DNA of 64,000 nucleotides from a virus (taxonomy: Duplodnaviria > Caudoviricetes): positions 1,808-65,807 of the IMG/VR virus record IMGVR_UViG_2716884207_000004, one strand, 5' to 3'. The translations under genes and the position numbers were made by a program. Below the pieces are notes generated by a model. It had not been told where the DNA came from. It was given only the letters and a program-made list of their open reading frames with translations, and ran no database searches. Of the stretch, positions 8,791-18,889 are shown in pieces. How positions within the stretch are numbered: position 1 is the first letter of the stretch; each line of letters starts with the position of its first letter.

Positions 8791-10668
8791 TTATTTATTT
8801 TCTAGCGCTGTTAGCCGTTGGTTTATGGATTCCAGTTGTTGCGGTAATGTGGAGATATCAACGGTTTCGGTACCGACATTTATGTGTTTTAATTTCGTAA
8901 AGTCCGCTGCGCTCATGAGGCCATTATTTGTTTCAGAAGCCAGCGCAATAGATACCTGGCCGTCTGGACCTAAAACGATGCTGGCTAGTTTCGTAAAGTC
9001 CGCCGAACTCATTAATCCGTCAGTCGTTGCGCTCGCAAGCGAATATCGCGGTATCTGAGACGGATCATATCCGGTCTCGAATTGCGTATATTGACCAATC
9101 GTTACAGCGCTGCTTTTTATCTTTCCGGTGGTACCATCGATAACCTTTCCGATTACCTTTTTAGTTCGGTTAAACTCGGAAACGATGTCGGTTGAGCTTT
9201 TCGTGAGCGTTCCGAGTGTATATTTCGGAGACTTACTAGGGTCCGAATAATCCTCTTTTTCGGTCACGCGAAGCTGAACGTCTATACCGAAAGGATCGAG
9301 AATACACCAAACGTAGTCTCCTTTGCGGATGTCCTGAATACCCATTTCGAGGAGCTCAACGTAAGTTAACGTAATAGAGATATCTATACGATCGTATAAT
9401 TCGCTTTTTATTCGCTCAAGTAGATCCGCTTTAATAGTGTAACGATCATCCCGCACCGGATCAGCGTGCCTTATACCGAGAACAGACGCTAGTGGACTTG
9501 TATACTCCGCTTCTATTCCCTTACCGAAACCCCGGATATAGGTTTTTATGTCGCTCGTATCGATTTCCTGTTGCGGATCTTGAACGTTAAATTTATACCG
9601 AATTTGATTATCGGTAACGCGTGCGATTTCTTTCGCGACAAATATCACGTTTTGTACGCATTCGAATTCTGCTCCGAATTTCTCGACGATATCTTCCAGC
9701 AGTGAGAGCGAATTATCATCGCCGAAATTCTCGATAGTTACCGACGTCGGAAGCCCGGTCGTATCAACGCTATAGGCGTAAGCGGTACCGGATAATGCGA
9801 TCTCTAACGCAGCCTCTGGACGATATGCCTTTTCGCCTTTTTGTGTATCGTAGATATAGTTATCGCGCAAATCTATAAACATCTTATGAACCGCAGTAGC
9901 TTCGATTTTAATAGATTCGCCGATGGGCTTAGTATTAAGCTTCTTTATAACGTAAAGTTCCGACTTGTATTCGAATATATTGTCGGTCTTAACTAAAGCA
10001 ACTGCATGTTCGTTTACGTTAGTCCTTACACCCGAAACGCTTATCGTTTTTTCGTTGTTTATACCGCTGTTTCGAGTTACGCTAAATCCAGCGAGCAATT
10101 CAACCGCACCTGTAAGAGAGTGTACGAACAGATCCGTGCTCGCTTCTTCCTCATACGGTAACGTTGTCGGGGTCGCAGGAATTACCGGACTAGTATCACT
10201 AGATGCCGTATCATACTGCGTTAGTTTATACGTTGATATAATGCTGTTTAGCTTAGTCGCGTATGATGGATCGGTTGCGTAACCGGCTTTTACTAATGCG
10301 GATGTGGCTTTTTTATAGTCGGTCTCACCAACGACGGCTTTGTAATGATTCGGGTCCCAGCTCGTTCCGTTAACGTAAAGCTTGGCGAGGTCCTGCATCG
10401 ATTCATACCACGAAGGGTACTTCCGAAACTTTGCGTCCACTTGCACGTTTCTGCCGTCGATAACTTCCCACGTCTTCATAATTACGTACTGACCGTTATA
10501 TTCTCCTTTTACGCCGAAAAGGTTTTTCCCGTTAACTGCGAGGCCGCTAGTTCCGTAGGCACTTTCAAGGCATCCCTGCGCAATAATGAGGCTCGCAAGT
10601 ATTTTATATTTAACGAAAATCTTCTGCGCGTCCGGGGCGATTTCCTTAATAAAGCTGACGCTACTCAT
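8791..10668 (-). CDS. Baseplate hub/tail-associated lysin with N-terminal GH73 glucosaminidase domain
   Basis: IAQGCLES, NLFGVKG, FRKYPSW, GYATDP (GH73) followed by prophage tail hub region (TYIRGFGK). Confidence 0.85.
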   Translation of the reverse strand: MSSVSFIKEIAPDAQKIFVKYKILASLIIAQGCLESAYGTSGLAVNGKNLFGVKGEYNGQYVIMKTWEVIDGRNVQVDAKFRKYPSWYESMQDLAKLYVNGTSWDPNHYKAVVGETDYKKATSALVKAGYATDPSYATKLNSIISTYKLTQYDTASSDTSPVIPATPTTLPYEEEASTDLFVHSLTGAVELLAGFSVTRNSGINNEKTISVSGVRTNVNEHAVALVKTDNIFEYKSELYVIKKLNTKPIGESIKIEATAVHKMFIDLRDNYIYDTQKGEKAYRPEAALEIALSGTAYAYSVDTTGLPTSVTIENFGDDNSLSLLEDIVEKFGAEFECVQNVIFVAKEIARVTDNQIRYKFNVQDPQQEIDTSDIKTYIRGFGKGIEAEYTSPLASVLGIRHADPVRDDRYTIKADLLERIKSELYDRIDISITLTYVELLEMGIQDIRKGDYVWCILDPFGIDVQLRVTEKEDYSDPSKSPKYTLGTLTKSSTDIVSEFNRTKKVIGKVIDGTTGKIKSSAVTIGQYTQFETGYDPSQIPRYSLASATTDGLMSSADFTKLASIVLGPDGQVSIALASETNNGLMSAADFTKLKHINVGTETVDISTLPQQLESINQRLTALENK

Positions 10669-10680
10669 ATCGGACCTCCT

Positions 10681-11508
10681 TTATAAATAATAAAAACGGA
10701 AGTCGAATTTTATTTCGAAGCTTCCGCTTGTTCCTGTCATCTTAAAATCGTTCCATCCGGGAGCTAGTCGAATTACTTTTCGATTCGTCTGTCCGAAAAC
10801 ACTTACGTTATTCTTTTTAACTTGGACTCTATTTAATGATAGAACGTCCTTGGCGCCAGTCGTTCCGCTGTACTGAAAAACGTCTCCCATCGTACTGTTT
10901 GTAATCGTTAGTTTGCTAGACGCTCCTTTATACGTAATAATCAACGGCAGCTCCCTCGGGTCTATTTCTTCAGTACCCGCATTAAAGATTCGGAAAGTAT
11001 TAGTTTTGAACGAGTACTTGTAATCTTCATCGGTTAATCCTTCGCCTATTTGCCAGAGATCGGAATCGAAGATAAAAGGGCTTTGCGTAGTCCCTATCGA
11101 TTCAGAAAACGGTTTAAACGATATGAATGATACATCGAAAAATCCGTATATTCGATTCTGATCGATGGAGTATTCTTGGTTCGTTTTTACAAACCAGCGC
11201 TTGCCCGGATTGTAACCATCAGTAATATAAAACGCTTGTCTCGAATCGAATAACGCAAACACTTCATCTCGCATTAGATGATAATCGGTGAGATCCGCCG
11301 CTTTCATATAAAAGGAACAGTCGATGATACGAGGACCATAAACTGTTCCTAAATCTACTTCGCCTTGCGCGCCCTCTATACTTTCCGATGAGTGGATAGG
11401 CGATGGAGACCTTGGTTTAAATTCTTTAAGCGTTATACCCAACGATTCCAGATCGTAAGTAGTGCCGTTTAATTTCGTTATTGTCAGATTTAACAACCGC
11501 TCCATCAC
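10681..11508 (-). CDS. Distal tail protein (Dit)
   Basis: Position after TMP; RLAPGWN..I and FDFRFYYL ending. Confidence 0.85.
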   Translation of the reverse strand: MMERLLNLTITKLNGTTYDLESLGITLKEFKPRSPSPIHSSESIEGAQGEVDLGTVYGPRIIDCSFYMKAADLTDYHLMRDEVFALFDSRQAFYITDGYNPGKRWFVKTNQEYSIDQNRIYGFFDVSFISFKPFSESIGTTQSPFIFDSDLWQIGEGLTDEDYKYSFKTNTFRIFNAGTEEIDPRELPLIITYKGASSKLTITNSTMGDVFQYSGTTGAKDVLSLNRVQVKKNNVSVFGQTNRKVIRLAPGWNDFKMTGTSGSFEIKFDFRFYYL

Positions 11509-14500
11509 CCCTGCATCAGATTTTTAATCGAAATTTTCCGTCCTTGTTCCGCACTTACAACGCGCTCTGTCCTACGACCGATCTCTTCGCTATCCATTAC
11601 CGTCACAAGCTCGATGTGCATCGGCTGCCCAACGTTCGGCTCCGCAACCGAAGCTTCGAATGCGTGCTTAACCTTCGCCATTTTGCCGCCTGTCAACGCC
11701 ATCGACGGATTGTACGCATAATCCTGTGCGTCAATCATGGCCGCACTTGCCATTGCATCCGCCGCCGACTGAACCGCTCCGATATTACGTTCAATACCTA
11801 CCGCTAAGCCTAACGGTAAGAACTTACCGACTTCGTCACGGAATACGCGAGAAGGCGAATGAATGCCGAAGAAGCTTTTGATTCCGTCCGTAATGCTGCC
11901 GGCAAAGTCACCGATTTTTCCGAGAATCCAGTCCTTTACGGAGTTGATTCCGTTCCAGAGACCCTTGATCAAATCGACCCCGGCGTCGAATACTTTGCTT
12001 ACGTTATCGCCGATCGCGCCTGCCAAATCAGTAACGATTTTTACGCCCATTTGCAGGAGCTTAGGCGCAGCTTGGATCAATCCGTTCACAAGCGCAACTA
12101 GTAACTTAATTCCGAGATCGATTAATTGCGGCATAAATCGGATGATCGTATCAACTAATCGCGTAAGTAACGTAATTGCTGCCGAAACTAATTGCGGAAG
12201 TGCCTGGATCAAACCGTTAACTAGCGCAATGATTAAACGGACGCCCGCATCAATGATTTTCGGTAAATTATCGATCAGCGCTTGGACCAAGCTGACGATT
12301 AAGAAAAGCGCCATTTCAATTAATTGCGGAAGCATCGTAATAATTCCGTCGACCAAAGCCGTCAGTATCTGAATGCCCGCTTCGAGTATTAACGGTAGAT
12401 TCGTCACAATTGCGTTAATGAGCGCCATAATAAGCTGGAGCGCTGCCTCGATTAGTTGCGGAAGAACCTGAATGATTCCGTTAATCAATGCGTTTAGAAT
12501 CTGGATTCCGGCCTCAATGATCATCGGTAGTAACGTCACGATTGTCGTAATCAACATCGTTAATAATTGCGTTGCCGCCGTAATGATTGCCGGAAGCGCC
12601 GTAACAATTCCCTGGATCAGCGACGTAATGATTAAAATTCCCGCGCCAAGAAGCATCGGTAACAACGTTGTGATCGATTGGATCAAAGTCGTTATGACTT
12701 GCGTAATTGCCGTTAGAATATTCGGAAGCGCCTGCGTAAATCCCGTTAGAAGGCCCGTTATGATCTGAACGCCAGCCTGCGCTAGTATCGGTAGATTCGT
12801 AGTTATCGCGTTTACGACAGAAGTTACGAGGTTAACAAATCCGTTTAGAAACGTCGGCAAGTACGTCTGTAAGCCCTGTTCGATTGCCGGCAGAAATTTA
12901 GCGCCCGTTATGATCAAGCCCGGTATGCCGCCGACTAACAATCCGATGATTGTCGGAATGTATTGCGCGATGGAGCTGAAGTCGCCCTGAAACGCTTTAT
13001 TGACGGCGCTTATCAAATTCGTAATCGCGTTCTGCACGGCCGTTGCGCCTGCGATGATTAACTGGACGACTGATTCCGGAAGAATCTGACGCAACTTATC
13101 GGCACCGCTTGCGAAGTCGCCCGTCAGAACCGTTGCTAGTCCGCTAAATAGTGTCTTCAGTGTCGCAAGAGCCGGAGCGAGCTTTGCACCGATTGTGTTC
13201 GCCAAGGCTTCTAGCTTAGTCCGGATGGCTTCGTTGTTTTTGATTAACAACGCGATGGCTGCGACTGCCGCGACGATGGCTCCTACTACTAGACCGATAT
13301 GCGCGATGATAAGAAGAAGCGTCGAACTTGTAACACCCAACGCCGCTGCAACCCCGCCAAAGGCAGCTACCAATGTACCGACTGCGGACACTACTGCACC
13401 TATAAATATTAAAACAACGCCCAACCCTGTGCCAAAGAGAGCGATAACCGCTATCGCCGCTCCAGCATACGCTACAAACTTCTGCATCCCTGGCGAGAGT
13501 TTATTAAACCCATCGACTAGAGACTGCGCAATACTAACGAGTTTAGACAGCGCTGGCAGTAACGCATTACCGACGGAGATTTGTGCCGTTTCAAACGCAC
13601 CGCTAAGCTCCTCGATCTGGCCCTTGAGGTTGTTCATCTTCTCCGCCGCAACTTCTGCCGCAGTGACTTTCGACATTTCCTTCCACATTTCTTTGGCGCC
13701 TTTAGAGCCTTCTTTCATCATGATGTTTGCCGCCCGGATAGCGTCAGTCCCGAACATTGTCTTAAGTGCCGCCTGTTGTTGTTGCGACGTAAGTCCTTTA
13801 AGTTTTTCACGCAGAACTTCCGACATTTCAGCGAAAGACTTAACGTTACCTTCTGCGTCATAGAATGCGTTTGATCCGTCTTCAGTAATGAGCCCCAAAT
13901 CCGCCATCGTGTTATATGCGGCTTCAGAACTTGGTGTTAAATTTAACAGCATCGTTTTGAGCGACGTACCGGCATCCGAACCTTTAAGTCCGTTTTGCGC
14001 GAATATAGCAAGCGCTGTAGACGTATCTTTGAACGACAACCCGACGCCTGAAGCAACCGCCGATACCATAGATAGGCCGTACTTTAATTCGTGAACGTCC
14101 GTCGCTGATGCGTTAGCCGCACCCGCAAGCATATTCGCCGCCTGCGTAACTGAAAGGCCGTCTTTCTTAAATGCATTCAGCGCTGTCGATGCGATTTCCG
14201 CCGCTTCTCCGAGATCTAATTCGCCGGCAACCGCTAAGTCGAGCGCTCCTGCAAGACCGCCACCCATGATATCCTCTAACGAAACGCCGGCTTTAATAAG
14301 TTCCTCGATCCCCTGTCCGGCTTCTAACGAGCTGAATTTCGTCTTCGCGCCCATATCGATTGCTAAGTCCGTAAGTTTTTCCATCGTATCACCGGTTGCG
14401 CCAGATACCGCCTTAACGTTAGACATCTGCGCCTCGAAGTCCATCGCTTTATTAACTGCCGATCCTAACCCAGCACCTACGCCTGCCGCGACTGCCCCGA

Positions 14501-14636
14501 ATCCTAGCGCAATAGATTGGCCCATATTCTGAAGCTGCGAACCGAAGTCTCTAAGCGAGCTCTGCGATCGTTGCAATTCCGTAGTTAGGTTGGAAATATC
14601 GGCGCCAATCCGGACGATAATCGATTGATCCGCCAT
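11505..14636 (-). CDS. Tape measure protein (TP901-like core)
   Basis: 1043 aa; DFEAQMSNVKAVSGAT, GSDAGTSLK, amphipathic repeats, GIHSPSRV. Confidence 0.95.
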   Translation of the reverse strand: MADQSIIVRIGADISNLTTELQRSQSSLRDFGSQLQNMGQSIALGFGAVAAGVGAGLGSAVNKAMDFEAQMSNVKAVSGATGDTMEKLTDLAIDMGAKTKFSSLEAGQGIEELIKAGVSLEDIMGGGLAGALDLAVAGELDLGEAAEIASTALNAFKKDGLSVTQAANMLAGAANASATDVHELKYGLSMVSAVASGVGLSFKDTSTALAIFAQNGLKGSDAGTSLKTMLLNLTPSSEAAYNTMADLGLITEDGSNAFYDAEGNVKSFAEMSEVLREKLKGLTSQQQQAALKTMFGTDAIRAANIMMKEGSKGAKEMWKEMSKVTAAEVAAEKMNNLKGQIEELSGAFETAQISVGNALLPALSKLVSIAQSLVDGFNKLSPGMQKFVAYAGAAIAVIALFGTGLGVVLIFIGAVVSAVGTLVAAFGGVAAALGVTSSTLLLIIAHIGLVVGAIVAAVAAIALLIKNNEAIRTKLEALANTIGAKLAPALATLKTLFSGLATVLTGDFASGADKLRQILPESVVQLIIAGATAVQNAITNLISAVNKAFQGDFSSIAQYIPTIIGLLVGGIPGLIITGAKFLPAIEQGLQTYLPTFLNGFVNLVTSVVNAITTNLPILAQAGVQIITGLLTGFTQALPNILTAITQVITTLIQSITTLLPMLLGAGILIITSLIQGIVTALPAIITAATQLLTMLITTIVTLLPMIIEAGIQILNALINGIIQVLPQLIEAALQLIMALINAIVTNLPLILEAGIQILTALVDGIITMLPQLIEMALFLIVSLVQALIDNLPKIIDAGVRLIIALVNGLIQALPQLVSAAITLLTRLVDTIIRFMPQLIDLGIKLLVALVNGLIQAAPKLLQMGVKIVTDLAGAIGDNVSKVFDAGVDLIKGLWNGINSVKDWILGKIGDFAGSITDGIKSFFGIHSPSRVFRDEVGKFLPLGLAVGIERNIGAVQSAADAMASAAMIDAQDYAYNPSMALTGGKMAKVKHAFEASVAEPNVGQPMHIELVTVMDSEEIGRRTERVVSAEQGRKISIKNLMQG

Positions 14637-14651
14637 ATAGCCCCTCCTTCC

Positions 14652-15035
14652 TTATTTGATGTCAAATTGCGATAGCCATTCGGAGGCCTGCTGCTGCTTT
14701 GCAATAACTTCTTGCGGGATATCGACCTCATCATCCGCAGTCTTGGGCCGCTTGAATAAATCAGATTGCTTAATGCTTTTCTTAGCTGAACGAACTTTTC
14801 CGATCATCATCGCGAGTGAAGCCAAGTCGTCATATTGATCGAACTTCTTGTCTTGCTGCGCTTGGATTAAGATGTGATACTCCCGCGGTGTTAGAGCGTA
14901 GACTTCGTCAGGCTTTAACGATAAGTACCGCCAGGCCTCGCCAAGTACTTGATCTATTCCAAAATCCCCGCCAGCATTTCCGCCGCTTTCGGATCTTTCT
15001 TCAGAAGCTTTTCCGCTGTTTTCTTGTAGAAAAAA
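14652..15035 (-). CDS. Tail assembly chaperone C-terminal extension reached by -1 frameshift (gpGT-like)
   Basis: T TTT TTC slippery heptamer at 15035-15029; -1 frame is open to TAA 14654-14652 and encodes AWRYLSLKPDEVYALTPREY. Confidence 0.8.
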   Translation of the reverse strand, partial: FFLQENSGKASEERSESGGNAGGDFGIDQVLGEAWRYLSLKPDEVYALTPREYHILIQAQQDKKFDQYDDLASLAMMIGKVRSAKKSIKQSDLFKRPKTADDEVDIPQEVIAKQQQASEWLSQFDIK

Positions 15036-15319
15036 CTGTTCGATACGACCTCGTTCGTGATTTTAAGAATCGTATCCATGTCGAGTACTTCTTTCTCGAC
15101 TCCTTCTTCGATAGCTGACCGAACCTTAGAAATCGAAATATTCTTTTCGGTGTGAAAAAGCCCCGCATGCACAACGTGTACAAACGTCTCCAAATCCCCG
15201 ACAAGTGCTTTACCGATTAATTCGAATGAGCCGCCTTTGTATAAACCATCAAGGTGTTTAACGCTCTTGAACGTTAGCTTTAATTCGTACTCTTCTCCTT
15301 CAATTTCAAAACGTGCCAT
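14954..15319 (-). CDS. Tail assembly chaperone (gpG-like)
   Basis: FEIEGEEYELKLTF start; between major tail gene and TMP. Confidence 0.85.
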   Translation of the reverse strand: MARFEIEGEEYELKLTFKSVKHLDGLYKGGSFELIGKALVGDLETFVHVVHAGLFHTEKNISISKVRSAIEEGVEKEVLDMDTILKITNEVVSNSFFYKKTAEKLLKKDPKAAEMLAGILE

Positions 15320-15354
15320 ATAATCGTCTCCTTCTCGTTTTTTATTCGTTAAGT

Positions 15355-15383
15355 AAAAAAAGACACCGCGATTAAGCGATGCC
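15355..15383 (-). terminator. Intrinsic terminator after major tail gene
   Basis: GGCATCGC-TTAATC-GCGGTGTC-T7. Confidence 0.75.
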
Positions 15384-15863
15384 TTAAGGTGCTATCGTAC
15401 CTGTATCTCCACTAGCTGGCGCAGATGAAGACGGTGCCCCTGCCGGAATTTCCGTGAGAGTTTCCTCCGTAACGTCTCCGTTCAATGATCCTTCAAGTGA
15501 ATACGTTGCGAAATCTCCGTTTCCGAATTCGCGTTCAAACGAAGAAATCATATACATACCGCTTTCCGCTTCTTTAGTCCGTGTATCAATCTCGTAGATT
15601 TTGACGAATTCTTTATTTCTGATTTTCTTTTTCATAGCCTTAATAAACGGATCGCCTTCTGTAATAACGCCCTCAAGCGAGACTGATTGCGTTACCTTTC
15701 CGTAGTCACTTCCGGTTTTATCTTTCGTATCCAAGTCGATCGAGTCAGCTTCGATACTAGTTGTTCCGCTCGTTTGGTTAAACGGACGGATCATCTTTTC
15801 GCCCGCATCCGTTTCGATTACCGCTGCATATAAAATCTCTTCTCCGCGATATTCTACCGCCAA
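15384..15863 (-). CDS. Major tail protein (TP901-1-like)
   Basis: IDLDTKD and FATYSLEGSLNG motifs; synteny. Confidence 0.85.
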   Translation of the reverse strand: MAVEYRGEEILYAAVIETDAGEKMIRPFNQTSGTTSIEADSIDLDTKDKTGSDYGKVTQSVSLEGVITEGDPFIKAMKKKIRNKEFVKIYEIDTRTKEAESGMYMISSFEREFGNGDFATYSLEGSLNGDVTEETLTEIPAGAPSSSAPASGDTGTIAP

Positions 15864-15880
15864 ATTAAATCCCCCTTTTG

Positions 15881-16309
15881 TTATGCGCTCAATGTCGTAT
15901 CTATCTCGATGTCAAAATAAACGCGATGATAGTTCGTCTTATCCGCCAATTCTTCCGCAGGCAAAGGAACCTCCGCCGTTAAGTTGACATAAAAAAGACC
16001 GAGCGTTTGGCTCGGTTCATTTGCGTTAATAAGCGCTATTTTATCGAATAAGAATATCCGTTTAAGTTGCTCCTGTACGGTTCCTCGTTCTGTTGCGGTG
16101 TTTGTGTGAAGTCCGATTTGAAATCGGTAAACCATTCGCACAGATTCCCGTTGTTTCGAAACAACTGTCGGAGTGTTCTGCCTCTGCTGGACCGTAATAA
16201 ACGGCTTAGTCTCCGGTAATATAACGCCATCATAAGCCCATACGACCTCAAATCCGGTTTTCTTAGCGAGATGTTGGATGATCGAATATTGAACATCGAT
16301 TTGTCTCAT
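15881..16309 (-). CDS. Tail terminator/completion protein
   Basis: Synteny; start re-called at MRQIDV overlapping the upstream stop. Confidence 0.65.
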   Translation of the reverse strand: MRQIDVQYSIIQHLAKKTGFEVVWAYDGVILPETKPFITVQQRQNTPTVVSKQRESVRMVYRFQIGLHTNTATERGTVQEQLKRIFLFDKIALINANEPSQTLGLFYVNLTAEVPLPAEELADKTNYHRVYFDIEIDTTLSA

Positions 16310-16662
16310 CGGCCTAAACCTTGAACCAAACGAAGTATTTTTCCGCGATAAACACGTTCGTTGCTCCATACAACATCCCGGATAAATCCGCTTTGTGTTT
16401 TATGCGTATATTCCTGGATCTTCGCATAATCTACGTCAGATCCGTATTCCCACATTGCAGGCGCAACCTTTTCTGGACTTGCTACGATACTATTTCGTAG
16501 CTTTCCCGTATCTACAGGCGCCCGTTCAGCCGATTCATTCGCCATCAACAACGTTTGCGCCTCCGTTACCTCGTCGACTTCTTGTACGAATTGTGTAGAA
16601 TCCAATCCCCGAATAACTCGACTAAGTCCTTCGACCGAGATGCGCATATTGGATCGACTCAT
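16306..16662 (-). CDS. HK97 gp10-like neck/tail component
   Basis: APVDTGKLRNSI...YAKIQEY motif. Confidence 0.85.
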   Translation of the reverse strand: MSRSNMRISVEGLSRVIRGLDSTQFVQEVDEVTEAQTLLMANESAERAPVDTGKLRNSIVASPEKVAPAMWEYGSDVDYAKIQEYTHKTQSGFIRDVVWSNERVYRGKILRLVQGLGR

Positions 16663-17054
16663 CTTCTCAGCCTCCCAACGATCTCGGCGCGGTTTCTTGC
16701 TCCGATTCCTTTTTTATCTACGGATAATATCTCGTAAGTCTTTTCGTCATAGATTACGCTTTTAAGAGACCCGTAAATATCTTCGATCAGTTCGACAGCA
16801 ATCGAGAACCAAATATCGCCGGATTGAACTTCGATTCCATCCGCCAGATACCTATCGATCTTAACCTGCGAACTAATTTCGGTGACTACGGAGGGAACAA
16901 TCCGTTTTGGCGGTTCTGTTTGCGGTAAGGGCTCGTTTGTTATCGGATCTCTTACGACTTCCTCTTCGTAAAATAAAACAACGTCATGAGTACGTCCTTG
17001 AATGACTTCTTTTCGCGCATGCTTCATAAACGCGATATCTTCCGGTGTTATCAC
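16659..17054 (-). CDS. Head closure protein (putative)
   Basis: Synteny; DPITNEP and YEILSVD features. Confidence 0.65.
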   Translation of the reverse strand: MITPEDIAFMKHARKEVIQGRTHDVVLFYEEEVVRDPITNEPLPQTEPPKRIVPSVVTEISSQVKIDRYLADGIEVQSGDIWFSIAVELIEDIYGSLKSVIYDEKTYEILSVDKKGIGARNRAEIVGRLRR

Positions 17055-17065
17055 GCAGTCACCTC

Positions 17066-17875
17066 CTATTTGTATTTGTCGTATAGTTCATACGTTAAAT
17101 AGCCGGTACAATTTATGTGCATCATATAAATTTCCGGATCGACCGGCTTATACAGTCCGGCGCCCATTCCGTAACGGTCTTCGAGTTCAAGCTGTGTGCA
17201 TCGGTGATCTGGACGGTTAGCCTTACCGCGATGAACACGCATTGCTTTAACGACTCGGCTTTGCTGCCCGGTGTAAGACGCCGCTACTCTATGCGCCGTA
17301 TTCCCTTCCGTTACGACCAACCGCCTGATTTTCCATGCGTCGTTTTCGTATACTTTACGTACATTAGCGCTAATTTCACTAACTGACTGACCTGTTATAA
17401 TTCCCGTCCGAATAGCTTTCGAAAGCTCATCGCGTTGATCGCCAGCAAATCTCCATACGCGGTCGGACAATACTAAACCATCGTCGCCTACCCGATTTAC
17501 AACGTAACGAACAACGTTTTTATTGATCTTATCGAAAGCAACTCCGGATATAGCTGCGGTGCCTACCGAATCCACAAACGCCGTTTTTATTGCGTCTGAA
17601 GTCGTAGAGGCTGTATCGTCGAATATTTTCTCGAAGGCGTTCATACCGGTAGTTCGCACGAGCTTTTCAATCGTATCTAACTCGCGAAGTAGTTTGTTCA
17701 AGCGCTGCCTTTTAATTTTTCCATCGCTGCCGCTGTACTCCGTAAGTAAGTCAACGATCTCAAGTCGGATTCGTCCGATTTCCTTTATCGCGTACTCTTG
17801 TTGACTCGCGTTTAGCTTGCGGTATTGCATCGAAACCTTTTTAAGCTGGCGATCTAATTCCGTTTGGTTACTCAT
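17066..17875 (-). CDS. Head morphogenesis/minor capsid protein (SPP1 gp7-like)
   Basis: LSDRVW, RLVVTE, HINCT motifs. Confidence 0.8.
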   Translation of the reverse strand: MSNQTELDRQLKKVSMQYRKLNASQQEYAIKEIGRIRLEIVDLLTEYSGSDGKIKRQRLNKLLRELDTIEKLVRTTGMNAFEKIFDDTASTTSDAIKTAFVDSVGTAAISGVAFDKINKNVVRYVVNRVGDDGLVLSDRVWRFAGDQRDELSKAIRTGIITGQSVSEISANVRKVYENDAWKIRRLVVTEGNTAHRVAASYTGQQSRVVKAMRVHRGKANRPDHRCTQLELEDRYGMGAGLYKPVDPEIYMMHINCTGYLTYELYDKYK

Positions 17876-18219
17876 CGATCATCAGCTCGTTTCGGATGCA
17901 TCTGGCCGCCGCTTCTCCGATAAGCTTTACGATAATCTTTTCGGGCGTCTTTTCCGAGTTGCATATAATTAGCGAAAATGTTCGTTTTGTCTACCGATTC
18001 TTCTCCGTCTTGAAAACTAAAGAACCTCGCCGCATCACTCGCGATAGTTTCATATGCGATTGCCATCGCCAAAAATAGGACTGCATTTTCGTTTTCTTCC
18101 GCAGTTAAACCGGACTCAGCTTCGGCTTCGGCGATCCATGCGGCAATATCGTCCGCTGTGACGCCTTCCACTCTACTTAATCGCGTTGCTAGTCGACTTG
18201 ATACCGCCACATGACTCAC
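17872..18219 (-). CDS. Head-tail adaptor (putative)
   Basis: Helical protein with DGEESVDK; synteny. Confidence 0.65.
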   Translation of the reverse strand: MSHVAVSSRLATRLSRVEGVTADDIAAWIAEAEAESGLTAEENENAVLFLAMAIAYETIASDAARFFSFQDGEESVDKTNIFANYMQLGKDARKDYRKAYRRSGGQMHPKRADDR

Positions 18220-18224
18220 CTCCG

Positions 18225-18497
18225 TTATTTTTTCTTCTTAGAAGGACCTTTTGGCTTTTGCTTTCCTTCGTCAGGAGTCGGAGAATCTTCCGCAACTTCT
18301 TCAGCCGAGATTTTCTCCTCTTTATTTTCCTTGATCGGTAAAGGTTCAACATCTACGCGCTGAATAAATGGTGAAGCCGCATCAAGCGCTTTGATTTCCT
18401 TCTCGACATTCGTTTTATATACGCCGTATCCATTAAAAACGAGATGCAAACCGTCTCTCATAAATTCGTAGTTAGGTAACGTCTTATATTCTGCCAC
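18225..18497 (-). CDS. Virion-module hypothetical protein
   Basis: ORF coupled to neighbours. Confidence 0.6.
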   Translation of the reverse strand: MAEYKTLPNYEFMRDGLHLVFNGYGVYKTNVEKEIKALDAASPFIQRVDVEPLPIKENKEEKISAEEVAEDSPTPDEGKQKPKGPSKKKK

Positions 18498-18835
18498 TAC
18501 GCCATCAACCCAGCCGCTTTTAATTTAGCAAGCAACGCATTAAAGTCCGTTACAAGACCGGCAACGTCTGTCGCTGCGCTGTTCGCTTGCGTTGCCGCTT
18601 TTGACGCGGTTAATTTACTGTCTAATGCCGTTTGTAGACCTGTGACATTAGCGATTGTATGTGTATGAGCAGATGGAGGGAAAGTCGAAGGTTTTCCGGT
18701 GACATCCGCCCATTTGATCTCTACAGTTGCGCCCGAACTTGCTTCTAATTTCGCTAATAGGTCGCCGAGTTTGAGGTCATTCGCAACCGGCATCGACATG
18801 TTAAGGCGTTGTACATCCTCTTTACTTAAAGCCAT
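18497..18835 (-). CDS. Head fibre/decoration protein
   Basis: GKPSTFPPSAHTH and DFNALLAKLKAAGLM motifs; follows capsid gene. Confidence 0.8.
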   Translation of the reverse strand: MALSKEDVQRLNMSMPVANDLKLGDLLAKLEASSGATVEIKWADVTGKPSTFPPSAHTHTIANVTGLQTALDSKLTASKAATQANSAATDVAGLVTDFNALLAKLKAAGLMA

Positions 18836-18889
18836 TTACGGCCTCACTCCTTTCAAATTATAGTAGGGGCCATAAGAGGCCCCGTCATA

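Noticed and set aside
11859-14532. Several long plus-strand ORFs
   Set aside because: Antisense shadows of the repetitive tape measure gene; no SD or domain features
15319-15389. +1 frameshift at the end of the major tail gene (CCT TAA); the +1 frame happens to be open into the chaperone gene
   Set aside because: SPP1-type site is CCC TAA, no Ig-like extension follows, and an intrinsic terminator occupies the interval
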